From assembly GCA_963734095.1 (NCBI GenBank), contig CAVTGK010000010.1, positions 12,656 to 76,655 of the forward strand: a stretch of DNA of 64,000 nucleotides, given 5' to 3'. The position numbers and the translations under genes are program-made. Below are positions 1 through 9,955 of this stretch, one piece after another. Positions within the stretch are counted from its first letter, which is position 1. Every line of letters begins with the position of its first letter. The DNA is from an uncultured Acidobacteriota bacterium. GTDB taxonomy: Bacteria; Acidobacteriota; Vicinamibacteria; Vicinamibacterales; UBA2999. Under the pieces are notes generated by a model. That model had not been told where the DNA came from, did no database searches, and saw nothing but the letters and a program-made list of their open reading frames with translations.

Positions 1-191
1 TTCACGCCGATCGCAAAGGCTACCCATCGCAGCCTCGCCGAAGGCGGATCTCAGCGCCTCAAGATCGTACGTCGTTCCCGAGGTTGGTGCCCCGAGGCGA
101 GTGACATCGCGGCCGGCCTTGAGTTCCGCTGAGCGGTCCTTACCCAAAGACTGACCGCTTCTTTACGGTTTGCTCATGATCGCCTGCGAGG

Positions 192-2144
192 TTGGCCGCT
201 ACCTTCGAGAGCATGAAATGTTCTCGAGCGGGCGCCGTATCCACCTGCGCCCTGCTGATGTCTTCCGCAGTTCTTGTCGCCGACCACTCGGCAGGGGGCG
301 AGCGCCTTCCGCGAATTCATATCAATGACAACCGGACAGCCGCCGGCCAGTTGCGCGACGGGGTGCTGACGCTCGCGTTGCGCGCCGGCGTCGGACAGTG
401 GCGACCGGAGGGTCCGGGCGGCCCAGCGCTGACCGTCGAAGCCTTTGGCGAGGTCACTGGAGCCCTTCAGGTTCCTGCGCCGCTCGTCCGCGTCACCGAG
501 GGCAGCAGGATCGTGGCCAGCGTGCGCAACGATCTCACCGAGCCGCTTCGCGTTCACGGATTCTGTGCGCGCGACGGCTCGGCCTGTCCGGCGCTGGATG
601 TGCCGCCTGCGACCGCTCGCGAAATTCACTTCGTGGCCGCCCGCGCCGGCACCTACCACTACTGGGCGACGAGCACCGGAGCACCGCTGCCGTTCCGCGG
701 CGGGCCAGATACGCAGCTGTCGGGCGCCTTCATCGTCGATCCGGTTGGAACCACGATCGCCAACGATCGCGTGATCGTCCTGACCGAGTGGACGAGTCTC
801 ACGCGGTCCCAACTGAAGGACCTCACGAGCGCCACCGATATCGACGCGGCGTTCCGGGCGCTCGACCCGCAGTTTACGCTCCTGGTCAATGGTCTCTCGT
901 GGCCCGCGACCGAGCGGCTCACGTATAACCTTGGCGAGCGCATCCACTGGCGAGTCGTGAACCTCAGCTCACAGTTTCACCCGATGCACCTCCACGGTTT
1001 CTACTTCCAAGTCGAGTCGCTCGGCGATGGCGTCCGCGACACGGCCATCGCCGCCGAACAGCGGCAGCGCGTGGTGACGCAGTTGATGCCGCCCGGCGGG
1101 ACAATGGCGATGACATGGCAGGCCGAGCGTGTCGGCAACTGGCTGTTTCATTGCCACATCGTCGATCACGTGTCGCCGAAGAGGCGACTGGCGGAAGGTT
1201 CGACTGAAGGTGATCACTCGTCGCCACATCGGGCGCACGCCGGACACAACGCGTCCGCCGGCATGGCGGCGATGGTGCTTGGCGTCACGGTCATTGATTC
1301 GAGCAGTACCGATAGCCGCGAGCGCATCGACCCTCCGGCACGCGCCATCACGCTGGCCATGCGCGCCACACCGGGACCTTCAGGTGAGTTGACATACGGC
1401 TTTGCAATGCAGAACGACGATCACGAACGCACTCACGAGCCAGTGTCGGTCCCCGGCCCGACCCTGGTGCTGCGGCGAGGCGAACCGGTCGAGATCGCAC
1501 TTCTCAATCAGTTGCCAGAAGCTACCGCCGTGCATTGGCACGGCATCGAGCTCGACAGCTACTACGATGGCGTGCACGGATGGAGCGGCGTCGGCCCACG
1601 GGTCACCCCGCTCATCCAGCCGGGGGCGTCGTTCGTCGCACGCATGACACCACCGCGCACCGGCACGTTCATCTATCACACCCACCTTCACGATGATCGG
1701 CAACTGACGGCGGGACTCTACGGTGCACTGCTCGTGGTCGAGCCCGACGAGATCTTCGATCCGTCCACCGATCACGTGGTCGTGATCAGCCGTGGCGGCA
1801 ACGGCGTGACCGATCCCGTTCTTCTGAATGGCGAGCAGATGCCGCAAATGGCCTGGAAGGCGGGCATGCGTCACCGAATTCGCTTCGTCAACATCACGCC
1901 CGGCGACATCTTCGTCACCTCGCTATCAACGGCAGAGGCTCCGGTCAGTTGGCGGCCGCTCACCAAGGACGGCGCGCCGGTTCCAACCGACCTCCGAGCG
2001 CCACAGCCGGCAACGTTCACAATCGCCGTCGGCGAGACTTACGACTTCGAGTACGTCGCCCCGGCCGGCCGGCGCGGGCTCTGGATCAACGTCCGCACGC
2101 CGGGCGGCCGATGGGAGGCGCAGGGACGGGTGGTAATCAAGTAG
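192..2144 (+). CDS. multicopper oxidase (laccase/CueO-like)
   Basis: Intact 650-aa ORF. Copper-ligand His motifs HPMHLHG, HCHIVDH, HWHGIE, YHTHLHD. Hydrophobic N-terminus; alternative start at 213 (MKCSRAG...). Confidence 0.9.
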   Translation: MAATFESMKCSRAGAVSTCALLMSSAVLVADHSAGGERLPRIHINDNRTAAGQLRDGVLTLALRAGVGQWRPEGPGGPALTVEAFGEVTGALQVPAPLVRVTEGSRIVASVRNDLTEPLRVHGFCARDGSACPALDVPPATAREIHFVAARAGTYHYWATSTGAPLPFRGGPDTQLSGAFIVDPVGTTIANDRVIVLTEWTSLTRSQLKDLTSATDIDAAFRALDPQFTLLVNGLSWPATERLTYNLGERIHWRVVNLSSQFHPMHLHGFYFQVESLGDGVRDTAIAAEQRQRVVTQLMPPGGTMAMTWQAERVGNWLFHCHIVDHVSPKRRLAEGSTEGDHSSPHRAHAGHNASAGMAAMVLGVTVIDSSSTDSRERIDPPARAITLAMRATPGPSGELTYGFAMQNDDHERTHEPVSVPGPTLVLRRGEPVEIALLNQLPEATAVHWHGIELDSYYDGVHGWSGVGPRVTPLIQPGASFVARMTPPRTGTFIYHTHLHDDRQLTAGLYGALLVVEPDEIFDPSTDHVVVISRGGNGVTDPVLLNGEQMPQMAWKAGMRHRIRFVNITPGDIFVTSLSTAEAPVSWRPLTKDGAPVPTDLRAPQPATFTIAVGETYDFEYVAPAGRRGLWINVRTPGGRWEAQGRVVIK

Positions 2145-2196
2145 GCGCGGCAAAAGTCGTGCGTCGACGGCTGAGAAAGTGTGAGATCGTGTCCCC

Positions 2197-2739
2197 GTGA
2201 GATCGATCATTCGATCCTGGCTGCAGACGCCGGACGATGAGGGCGGCGAGAACCAGCGCGCCCTTCGCGACCTGCTCGATGCGCTCGATCGGCAGGAGCC
2301 GGACCGCGCGAAGTATCTGGCGCGCTTTGCCTACCTCCTGGGACGCATTGCTCACGCAGACCAGCACATCAGCCCGGAAGAGACGCAGGTCATGGAGCAA
2401 TTGCTCGAGCGGGAAGGCGGCCTCCCGCGTGAGCAAGCCATGCTGGTCGTTGGACTGGCCAAGACCAGCAACCTGCTGTTCGGTGGGACCGACAACTTTC
2501 TCGTCGCGCGCGAGTTTGCCGACGCGGCAACGCACGAACAGAAGCTGTCGTTGCTGCGGTGTCTGTTTGCGGTCTCGGCCGTCGAAGGCAACATCTCGAT
2601 TGCGGAGGAGCGAGAAGTGCAGCGCATTGCTCGCGAGCTACGCGTTGAGCATGCCGACGTGGTCAAGCTGCGGCTCGAATATCGTCATCAGTTGCCGGGC
2701 TTGACGAACCGCGCCAACGACGAGTCATCCATGTCGTGA
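2197..2739 (+). CDS. TerB-family (tellurite-resistance-like) protein
   Basis: Intact 180-aa helical ORF with paired segments ADQHISPEETQVMEQLL and EGNISIAEEREVQRIARELRV, typical of TerB-domain proteins. Recognised from memory, not searched. Confidence 0.7.
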   Translation: MRSIIRSWLQTPDDEGGENQRALRDLLDALDRQEPDRAKYLARFAYLLGRIAHADQHISPEETQVMEQLLEREGGLPREQAMLVVGLAKTSNLLFGGTDNFLVAREFADAATHEQKLSLLRCLFAVSAVEGNISIAEEREVQRIARELRVEHADVVKLRLEYRHQLPGLTNRANDESSMS

Positions 2740-2755
2740 CCAATAGCGAGGCAAT

Positions 2756-4783
2756 ATGACAGGCAAGCAACGATCCGGCCTTCTGACCAGTGCGCTTCTC
2801 GTCGCTTCGCTTCCGCTCGCGGCGCAGCAGGCAACTGCGCCCACTCTCAGCCCCTCGCAGCGCGCGTCGCTTCAGGCCGTGGTCGCGGCCGTCGACCGGG
2901 TGAACGCGGCGACCGACACCGCTGGTGTCGATTGGCCCGTGCACGTCCTGCGCGCGTCCGATGGATCGCACTACGTGGCGTTTTCCCTGGCCGGCGTCAC
3001 CGGTCTCACCTCCGGGAAACCCCTGGTGCTGTATGTGCGGCTCGCGACCCGACGGGACGATCGGGTCGCCGGTGGACCCGTCGAACGATCGGCAGTCGCC
3101 GAGTGGCTCGCTGGTCAGCGCAGCGTCCTGCCGCGACCCGAGCGGGGCATCGCCTTCGGAGAGATGCCGACCTACGGCGCCGGCAGCGTGGCCTCGCGAG
3201 GTGTGACGACGCCGGGGCAAAACGTTGCCCTGTTGGAAATGGAGCGCGAGCGCGCCCGCGAGCGGCGGGAGGAACGAGAGCGCGAACGTAAAGCGACCCT
3301 GGAAGGTGAAGGGGTCCGCACGGCGCGCCCCCTCCTACCCTTCGAGGATTTCGACCTCGAGGCCGTCGTCGACACCGACTCCAGCGGTGCCGCCGTCGTC
3401 CGCCGCAGTCTGACGGCTGGGCCCGGCGACTACGTCCTGACCGTCGCGTGGCACGACAGCAGCAACAAGGACACGGACAAAGCCATCCGCGTGTTCCAGA
3501 AGAAGCTCGTTTTGCCGATTGCGTCGACTTCGGAATTCGGCCTGAGCAACGTCATCGTGGCCGACTCGGTGAGCGTCCGGACCCTGGCGCTCACCTCCGA
3601 GCAGCAATCGCGACATCCTTATTCGATCGGCACGACCGAAATCATCCCGGCCCGCGACACGATATTGACCAACCAGGAGCCGCTTGCGCTCGTCGTTCAA
3701 GTCATCAATCCGCGGGCCGCGCCCAACGGCAAGCCCGATGTCGCTGTGGGTTTTCGGATCTCGCGAGCGACAGCGACCGGGCAGGAATACGTTGGCGTCC
3801 TCGCGCCGCAGATCTACAACGAGACGACGCTCCCGGTGGACTTCGACGTGCTGAAGGGCCATCCGATCTTTGCTGCCGTCGAAATCCCCATGAGCACTTT
3901 CAAACGCGGGAACTACCGGGTGCGGATCATGGCTGACGATCGGCTGGGCGGCGTCAGCGCGACGACCGAGGCCACGTTCTCGGTCGTCGGCACACCCGCA
4001 GTGCTCCTGCGCGACGCGCCATCCGTGGCTCTCCCCTTCCGTCGGGACGCCATCCTCGAACCAGCGCTGCTCACGGCAATCGTCAATTCGCTGCGCCCGC
4101 CACAGCCCTCACCGGCGCTCACTGCGGCCCTGAATTCAGCGAGCGAGCGCCGGTTTGTCGACCTGCTACGCGGCGAGCCGGTGCGACCGGAGGAGGAAGC
4201 CACGCGAGCCACGCTGCGCGGACTCGCCCTTTATGCCCTTGGGGACACGTCGACGGCTATCGCGCTGCCGCTGCGGCAGGCCGCGCAGTCCGCGAGTACA
4301 TCGGCGGGGGCCCATGTGCTGCTGGGTGCGACGCACGCGCTCGAGGGCCGTGATCGGGACGCGTTGATCGCCTGGGACGCCGCGGTCGCCGCGGGACTCG
4401 ACGCCGGAGTTTTGAGCCCGTTCGTGATCGACGCGGCATTGCGGCTGGGCGATGTGGAACGCGCCAGCCAGCTGGCAACCGCGGCCCTCACGTCGCGCCC
4501 GTCGGATGGGGTTCTCATCCGGCGTGTTGCCGCATGCCATCTCGCCGGGAGTCGGCCGGCACCGGCGATCACGCTCCTGGACGCACATCTCGAACGGGAG
4601 CCGGGAGACCTCGACGCGCAGTGGCTGCGTCTGCACGCCCAATTCATGGATCTCGTGGCCACGGGAATGTCCAAGGCAGAGGCCAGCACGCGCGAGGCGT
4701 TCAAGCTGCATGCGGCTCGCTATGTCGAAGCAAAAGGGCGACACGCCATGCTGGCGACCGAATGGGCGAGCGTCGTGCCGTAG
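2756..4783 (+). CDS. hypothetical secreted protein with TPR-like C-terminus
   Basis: Intact 675-aa ORF. Signal peptide (LLTSALLVASLPLAAQQA), charged ERERARERREERERERK tract, Ala/Leu-rich helical-repeat C-terminal third. No family recognised. Confidence 0.6.
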   Translation: MTGKQRSGLLTSALLVASLPLAAQQATAPTLSPSQRASLQAVVAAVDRVNAATDTAGVDWPVHVLRASDGSHYVAFSLAGVTGLTSGKPLVLYVRLATRRDDRVAGGPVERSAVAEWLAGQRSVLPRPERGIAFGEMPTYGAGSVASRGVTTPGQNVALLEMERERARERREERERERKATLEGEGVRTARPLLPFEDFDLEAVVDTDSSGAAVVRRSLTAGPGDYVLTVAWHDSSNKDTDKAIRVFQKKLVLPIASTSEFGLSNVIVADSVSVRTLALTSEQQSRHPYSIGTTEIIPARDTILTNQEPLALVVQVINPRAAPNGKPDVAVGFRISRATATGQEYVGVLAPQIYNETTLPVDFDVLKGHPIFAAVEIPMSTFKRGNYRVRIMADDRLGGVSATTEATFSVVGTPAVLLRDAPSVALPFRRDAILEPALLTAIVNSLRPPQPSPALTAALNSASERRFVDLLRGEPVRPEEEATRATLRGLALYALGDTSTAIALPLRQAAQSASTSAGAHVLLGATHALEGRDRDALIAWDAAVAAGLDAGVLSPFVIDAALRLGDVERASQLATAALTSRPSDGVLIRRVAACHLAGSRPAPAITLLDAHLEREPGDLDAQWLRLHAQFMDLVATGMSKAEASTREAFKLHAARYVEAKGRHAMLATEWASVVP

Positions 4784-4858
4784 GTGGGGCCGGGTCGGTC
4801 TGCTCGGGCTGGTCGGACTATTTTGCGTGGTTAGCCAATTCGGTTTCGCGGCTCCGAT

Positions 4859-4941
4859 CTTCCGGCTCAAGCCGGAAGCCACGAGTGTTGAACAGATATC
4901 CGTGGCTAAAGGTATCCGTGGCTTCCGCCTTCAGGCGGAAG
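4859..4941. repeat. foldback element, CGGAAGCCACG / CGTGGCTTCCG units with two flanking mini-hairpins
   Basis: CTTCCGGC-tcaa-GCCGGAAG (4859-4878). CCGGAAGCCACG (4872-4883) is complementary to CGTGGCTTCCG (4917-4928). CTTCCGCC-ttca-GGCGGAAG (4922-4941). Lies between convergent stops 4783 and 4961. Confidence 0.8.
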
Positions 4942-4960
4942 TCCGAAACGCACCGCGGTC

Positions 4961-6240
4961 CTATCGCTTGCGGGGGGGCACAGGCGTTCCAGGCGTCTTC
5001 AGCGAATAAGCGCGGCGTGATGCCACCGTGATCGACGGCCGATTGACCTTGACCTCGATCGCGCGAACGCGTTTCGGTGGATCGGGGTTGGACGAATAGT
5101 AGCCAAGCACGTAGTAGTCGCTGGTTTCCGCATCGATGCGCTTCATCGCGCCTTCGAAGTCGTTTTCGTTGACCACCGCCACTCCGCCCGTTTCCTCTGC
5201 CAGAAACCGTAATGAGCTCTGTGTCTTCTGAATGTAGGTCCGCCACTGACTCTGGTCGAGCTGTTGTCCGGCATCGACGATGCCGGCCACGCCGCGGGGG
5301 TCGATGGTGAAGATCGAGGCGTTGGCGCGATTCGCTGACAGCGTCAGCTCGCGCATGTAGGCGTGCAGGTCGATATCGGCCGTAGCTCCCGGTAAGCGGA
5401 AATACGGGTTTTCCTCGTCGAGAACGAAGCGTGTTGGCTCCGCGAATCGGCCGCCCTGGATTCGATCGCGACCCTTGCGCGAATCAGCGAATGGATCGAA
5501 ATCGTATCCGGTGCTGATGTAGAGAATCGCTTTACGCTTGTTGTGTACCTGCTCGAGCTCGCCGAGGACACCGTACAGCGCGTGAAACGCCATGTGGGCG
5601 CGCTGCCGGACATCACCCGGTCCCTGCGACGTTTCCAGCAACTGAAACATCTCGGCGGCGCGTCATCGCCGACCCGCGAATCTTCGAGACGCTCGCCTCG
5701 ATGAGCTTGTGATCGTAGGTCAATCCAATCTCGATGCTCGACGGCCCGCTGGAAAACATCGCGACCAGATCACCTTCATGAAGCACGGTTTTGACGATCG
5801 TTGTGACGAGACGGCGGACGTGCGGCGAGTACTCCGCCTCGAAATGCAGGTCGTCGACGAAGACGAGCAGGACACGGCCACGTCGAATCCCCGACCAGGC
5901 GCCGCGGCGCTGACGGCAACACGATGCCCTCGGGCGAAGGGGGCGGCGGCGCTTGAATGCTATTGAAGGTGCGGCCACCGTGGATCAGGGCAAACGAGTC
6001 GATGGTTTGCGCCACGCCGTCTTCGAGCACCGTGAAGTCGTTCTTCGTCAGATCCGGGACAAAGCGGCCCTTTTCATCTCGCGGAATGACGTCGGTCGTC
6101 ACGTGGGTCACCGTCGCGCGAAATGTCGGGGCTTGCGGCTGCGCGGGCGGCGGATTCTGCGCCAGCGAACGCGAGTCCTGGGACACGACGAGCACGCCGG
6201 TGACGAGTGCGAGCGCGAAGATCGACCGGAGGCAGAGCAT
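4961..6240 (-). CDS. VWA domain protein, acidobacterial VWFA-related (TIGR03436-like); frame-disrupted in this assembly (>=2 shifts)
   Basis: Three collinear ORF pieces (5776-6453, 5613-5978, 4961-5650) read as one protein. Signal peptide MLCLRSIFALAL (ATG at 6240), FRATVTHVTTDVIPRD, VLLVFVDDLHF, ILYISTGYDF, TIDPRG. Shifts near 5900 and 5650. Confidence 0.8.
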
Positions 6241-6273
6241 CCAGGAATTATAGGCCGCGGGTAAGATGACGGA

Positions 6274-7461
6274 GTGATATTGCGGCCTCATCGGCGCGCG
6301 ATTCTCCGCGGCGGCCTGTCGTGGGGCGCGGTGGTCTTCGTTGGCGGAACCGAGGCGCTCGTCGAGCACTTGTGTGCCCAGCCACTCTGCGACCCGGCGC
6401 CGCTCGGCGAGCTGGTCGCTCTCGTCCCGCTTCACGGCGATCGCGTGCAGCAAACCCCGCTCGGTCAGATGGTCGGCGGTCCTGGACTCGATGCGCGTCT
6501 CTTCACCGACCTGTCGACGCTTCAGCCGGGGAAGCTCCTCACACCCACCGCCGAGATGTTCGTGCGCACGGCCGTCCCCGCGGCGCTTCGTACGATCCCC
6601 AACGCCTGGTCGATCAGCGTCAGCGGGTTTGCGCGGTCAACCCTCGACATCGAACGACTCCGGCGCGATGCGCGGCCGATGGGTGCGCATCTCATCGAGT
6701 GTTCCGGAAATGCTGACCCGAACAACTTCGGATTGATGAGCGTCACGGACTGGACGGGCGTGCCGATCGCTCGGCTCGTTACTGAACTCGGCGTCCAAGC
6801 GGGCGCCAGCGGGCTGCTGATCAGCGGCATCGACGAGCTGCACCAGACCTCGCGCAGCTCGAACCCGGGCGCCAGTTGGATATTGCCCCTCGACCGCCTC
6901 GAACGTCTTGGCGCATTTCTGGCCGTGACGATGAACGGCGAGCCCTTGACAGCCGACCACGGCGCCCCGGTTCGTCTCGTCGTTCCCGGGTGGTACGGCT
7001 GTTCCTGGATCAAGTGGGTCAACGAACTCAGACTGGTTGGCGCCGACGAAAAGCCGACATCGCAGATGATCGAGTTCTCCCTGCGGACACATCAACCGGA
7101 TCGCGAAGCCCTCGCCCGCGATTACGAGCCGCCCGTCATCGACGTGGCCGCCACACCGGTTCGGGTTGAAAAGCGTCGCGTGGAGGGTCGGCTCGAGTAT
7201 CGAGTGGTGGGGATCGTCTGGGGCGGTGAGCGGCCGGTCGAGCAACTCGCCATTCGATTCAACGTCGGCGAAGCCCCGCGCGTGTTCTCGATCTGCCCGA
7301 CGCCGACGACGCATCGTACATGGTCGCTGTGGGACTACCGGTGGCGCCCGACGACTCCAGGCGTCTACAGCATCGCGCTGCGTGCCACCGACCCGTCAAT
7401 CCGCACCCGTCGCCTCGATGTGTCGTACTACGTCAGACGCGTGGTGATCGACGAAGTCTGA
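6274..7461 (+). CDS. molybdopterin-dependent oxidoreductase (sulfite-oxidase/YedY fold), Tat-type leader
   Basis: Intact 395-aa ORF. RRAILRGG twin-Arg leader. HLIECSGN..., MNGEPLTADHGAPVRLVVPGWYGCSWIKWV are typical of the Mo-binding oxidoreductase domain. Confidence 0.8.
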   Translation: MILRPHRRAILRGGLSWGAVVFVGGTEALVEHLCAQPLCDPAPLGELVALVPLHGDRVQQTPLGQMVGGPGLDARLFTDLSTLQPGKLLTPTAEMFVRTAVPAALRTIPNAWSISVSGFARSTLDIERLRRDARPMGAHLIECSGNADPNNFGLMSVTDWTGVPIARLVTELGVQAGASGLLISGIDELHQTSRSSNPGASWILPLDRLERLGAFLAVTMNGEPLTADHGAPVRLVVPGWYGCSWIKWVNELRLVGADEKPTSQMIEFSLRTHQPDREALARDYEPPVIDVAATPVRVEKRRVEGRLEYRVVGIVWGGERPVEQLAIRFNVGEAPRVFSICPTPTTHRTWSLWDYRWRPTTPGVYSIALRATDPSIRTRRLDVSYYVRRVVIDEV

Positions 7462-7463
7462 GG

Positions 7464-7705
7464 GCGGGTGCGACGGGTGCGACAGGTGCTGGGGTGCGAT
7501 GGGTGCGGTGCGGTGCACTGGTGCAGAGAGGTGCACTGGTGCAGAGCCGTGCACTGGTGCAGAGGTGCACTGGTGCAGAGGGCGCGCTGCACCTGCGCAC
7601 CTGCGCACCGCACCTGCGCACCTGCACCCGTCGCACCTGCGCACCTGTCGCACCGCACCGCACCTGTCGCACCCGTCGCACCTGTCGCACCCGACGCACC
7701 TGTTC
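7464..7705. repeat. foldback palindrome, arms of GGGTGCGAC / GGTGCACTGGTGCAGAG units and their complements
   Basis: 7467-7489 (GGTGCGACGGGTGCGACAGGTGC) is the perfect 23-nt reverse complement of 7660-7682. G-rich tandem units on the left, GCACC/GTCGCACC units on the right, centre near 7585. Fills the spacer between convergent stops 7461 and 7704. Confidence 0.9.
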
Positions 7706-8725
7706 ACAGCCCCATCCGATGCGGCTGCCACTGCAGCCCCAACGCCATCAGGCGGTCGAGGAGGTGGGGGTACGACATCTTGGCGAGCTTGACCGACTGC
7801 GCGAAGTCTTCTTCCTCGGCCAGCTGGGGATTGGCATTGGCTTCGATCACATACGCCTTGCCGCTGGCGTCCATGCGGAAGTCGATGCGGGCGTAGCCGG
7901 AGAGGTCGAGCGCCCGGTAGGTGCGCTTGGCCAGATGCTGAATCTTCGGCGCGATCCCATTCGGCAGCTGCGCCTCCGCCGTGTCGATGCCGTGCCGCTT
8001 CTGGTACTTGACGCTCCACTTCACGCGTTCCGTCGCGATCCGCCAGTTGCTGTCGGGCATCTTGGCAAACGACATCTCCCACACCGGGAACACCCGGAGG
8101 CGATGATTGCCCGATCACGCCGACGTACAACTCGCGGCCGTCGATGAACTGCTCGATGATCGCCGGCGTGAGAATCGTGTCGTGGATGTACTTCACGCGC
8201 TTGATCAGTTGCTCCTCGTTGGCGACCACGGAGGCCTGCGAAATCCCGATCGACGACTCGTAGGTGAGCGACTTGACGATCATCGGATACGTGAGCTTCT
8301 TCGGCAGCACCGGCTTGCGGTTGAGCGGCACGACCGTGAAGTCGGGCGACGGGATCCGGTGATAGGCCAGCAGCTTCCGCGCCAGCGCTTTGTCTCGCGA
8401 CAGCGTCAGGCCGCGCGGGTTGCAGCCGGTGTACGGCACGCCGCATCAACTCCAGGTAGCTGACGACGTTCTGGTCGAAGACGCCGATGTCGGCGAACGC
8501 CTCCATCAGGTTGAAGACGATGGTCGGCTTGAACTCGTCGATCGCCTGCCGGATCGGCGTCAGGTCGTCGTGAACGCCGATCACGAGCAGCTCGTGCCCG
8601 CGCTTGCGCAGCGTGGTGACGACGTCCCATTCCATCCGCCACTCGGGATTGACGTCGGCGAGCGGCACGTCTTCCTTGGGCACGAGAGCTTTGTGGACGA
8701 GAACGAGGACGCGATACTTCTTCAC
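7704..8725 (-). CDS. D-alanine--D-alanine ligase-like ATP-grasp enzyme; frame-disrupted (>=2 shifts)
   Basis: Pieces 8021-8725, 7396-8439 and 7704-8093 join into one ATP-grasp protein: MKKYRVLVLVH..., KALARKLLAYHRIPSPDF, YPMIVKSL, IIEQFIDGRELYVGVIG, GYARIDFRMDASGKAYVIEANANP. Confidence 0.8.
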
Positions 8726-8775
8726 AGCCGTTTCTTCATAGGGCCTTTTTCATCGAGACGTCTTCACGGGCCTCA

Positions 8776-9822
8776 TCACAGGGCCACCCGGTGCCGCCCG
8801 CTGTGCAGATAGTTCATCGTCTGCACGGTCAGGAGGACCGTGAATTCGTAGCGTGCTTGTTCCTCCGGCACGGCGAGCCGAAGCTTCAGCTCGCGGCAGC
8901 GCGTGATCATGTCTTCGAGCACCTTGTCGATCGTGTACTGGTAGATGCCCGGTCCAGCTCGCGACGACACGACGAACCGGCTGGCGCATCTTGCCGAGAA
9001 ACTGTGCCGCCGTCATGTTGCCGGCGAACTCCGGCGCATCCGAGAACAACCGTCGCAGCTCGCGATCGTAGAACTTGGGATGGTCGATGCCGTGATGGCG
9101 GCGCTTGCGTCGATAGTGCCGCCGCAGCGTGTGACGCAGCCGCCGCAGCGGATCGACTTCGTCGGTGCTCGTCGACGAGCGGCTTGCGGCCGCGCAGCGA
9201 TCGCATCAACGTCGTCCACGTATTCGAGCTTGTTGAACGCCGGCCACCCCGCGTAGCGCTGCTTCCAGTTCGACTCCGGCGTCAGCCAGACCGCGAAGGT
9301 CTCGGCGAAGTCTTCGTCGGGATGACTCTGGGCGTACCACGGGTCGATGTGCTGAACGAACGCCTTGCTGTACGGCTTCGGGACGTAGAACTCCGGATAC
9401 GGCTCGTTCGAGCTGCCGAAGAGCGCCCGCCGCTGTCGCCGCAGCCGCAGTTTGTAAGACGTTGTCGATGACGTGTCCGGCCTCGTGTCGAAGGATGCGC
9501 ATGCACCATTCGTGCTCGCCGCCCTCGACTTCCAGCATCTGCGATCTTCTCGAGCCGCTCGAGCCGCGGGTGCGTCATGTAGAACGGCACCGCCATGCGT
9601 CGCCGTGCCGTCGGGCGTGAACCATTCGTCGGAGATAGTAAAAATGGAGCGGGAACCTTCAGCTCGCGCGCCTCGAGCTCCGCCGCAGCTGCGCGATGCG
9701 CGGCCCTCGATGACCGTGCCTTCGAGCTTCAGCGGAAGATCGGCGAGCCGGAGATCGAGCAGTTGCTCGTCCGGCAGTTCCGCCCAGTTGGCAGGGACGT
9801 TGGCGCGCGGCATCGCCATCAT
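8776..9822 (-). CDS. putative zinc metallopeptidase (HExxH; family usually paired with the ATP-grasp); frame-disrupted (>=5 shifts)
   Basis: Fragments in three frames: MAMPRANVPANWAELPDEQLLDLRL, AVPFYMTHPRLERLEKI, EWCMRILRHEAGHVIDN (HEAGH zinc motif), PYPEFYVPKPYSKAFVQHIDPWYAQSHPDEDFAETFAVWL, IYQYTIDKVLEDM. Directly downstream of the ATP-grasp gene on the same strand. Confidence 0.65.
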
Positions 9823-9826
9823 ACTG

Positions 9827-9955
9827 AGGTTCCAGGGTTCCAAAGTTCCAAGGGTTCCAGGGTTCCGACCAGGACTCTCGGGTTCGGCGCTCCAATCGAA
9901 CCCGGCACCTGATTCCGAACTCTGGAACCTTGGAACCGTGGAACTTGTGGAACTC
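9827..9955. repeat. foldback palindrome, GGTTCCA(G/A)(G/A) units / TGGAACC units
   Basis: Left arm GAGGTTCCAGGGTTCCAAAGTTCCAAGGGTTCCAGGGTTCC. Right arm TGGAACCTTGGAACCGTGGAACTTGTGGAACTC. The loop holds an inner hairpin CGGGTTCG...CGAACCCG. Confidence 0.9.

Noticed and set aside
174-947. 257-aa ORF antisense to the multicopper oxidase. Similar long antisense or overlapping ORFs occur throughout, for example 12136-13410 (+), 17649-18467 (-), 18284-19528 (-), 24032-24688 (+), 36238-37395 (+).
   Set aside because: Arg/Ala/Pro-rich, no motifs, and each lies opposite a gene with clear homology. These are typical stop-poor shadow frames of high-GC DNA.
7320-8147. ORFs reading through the 7464-7705 palindrome on both strands (7320-8147 +, the N-terminal part of 7396-8439 -, 7428-7699 -), giving CTGAE/HLRTC-type repeat peptides.
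   Set aside because: They are translations of the tandem nucleotide units. The flanking real genes end at 7461 and 7704.
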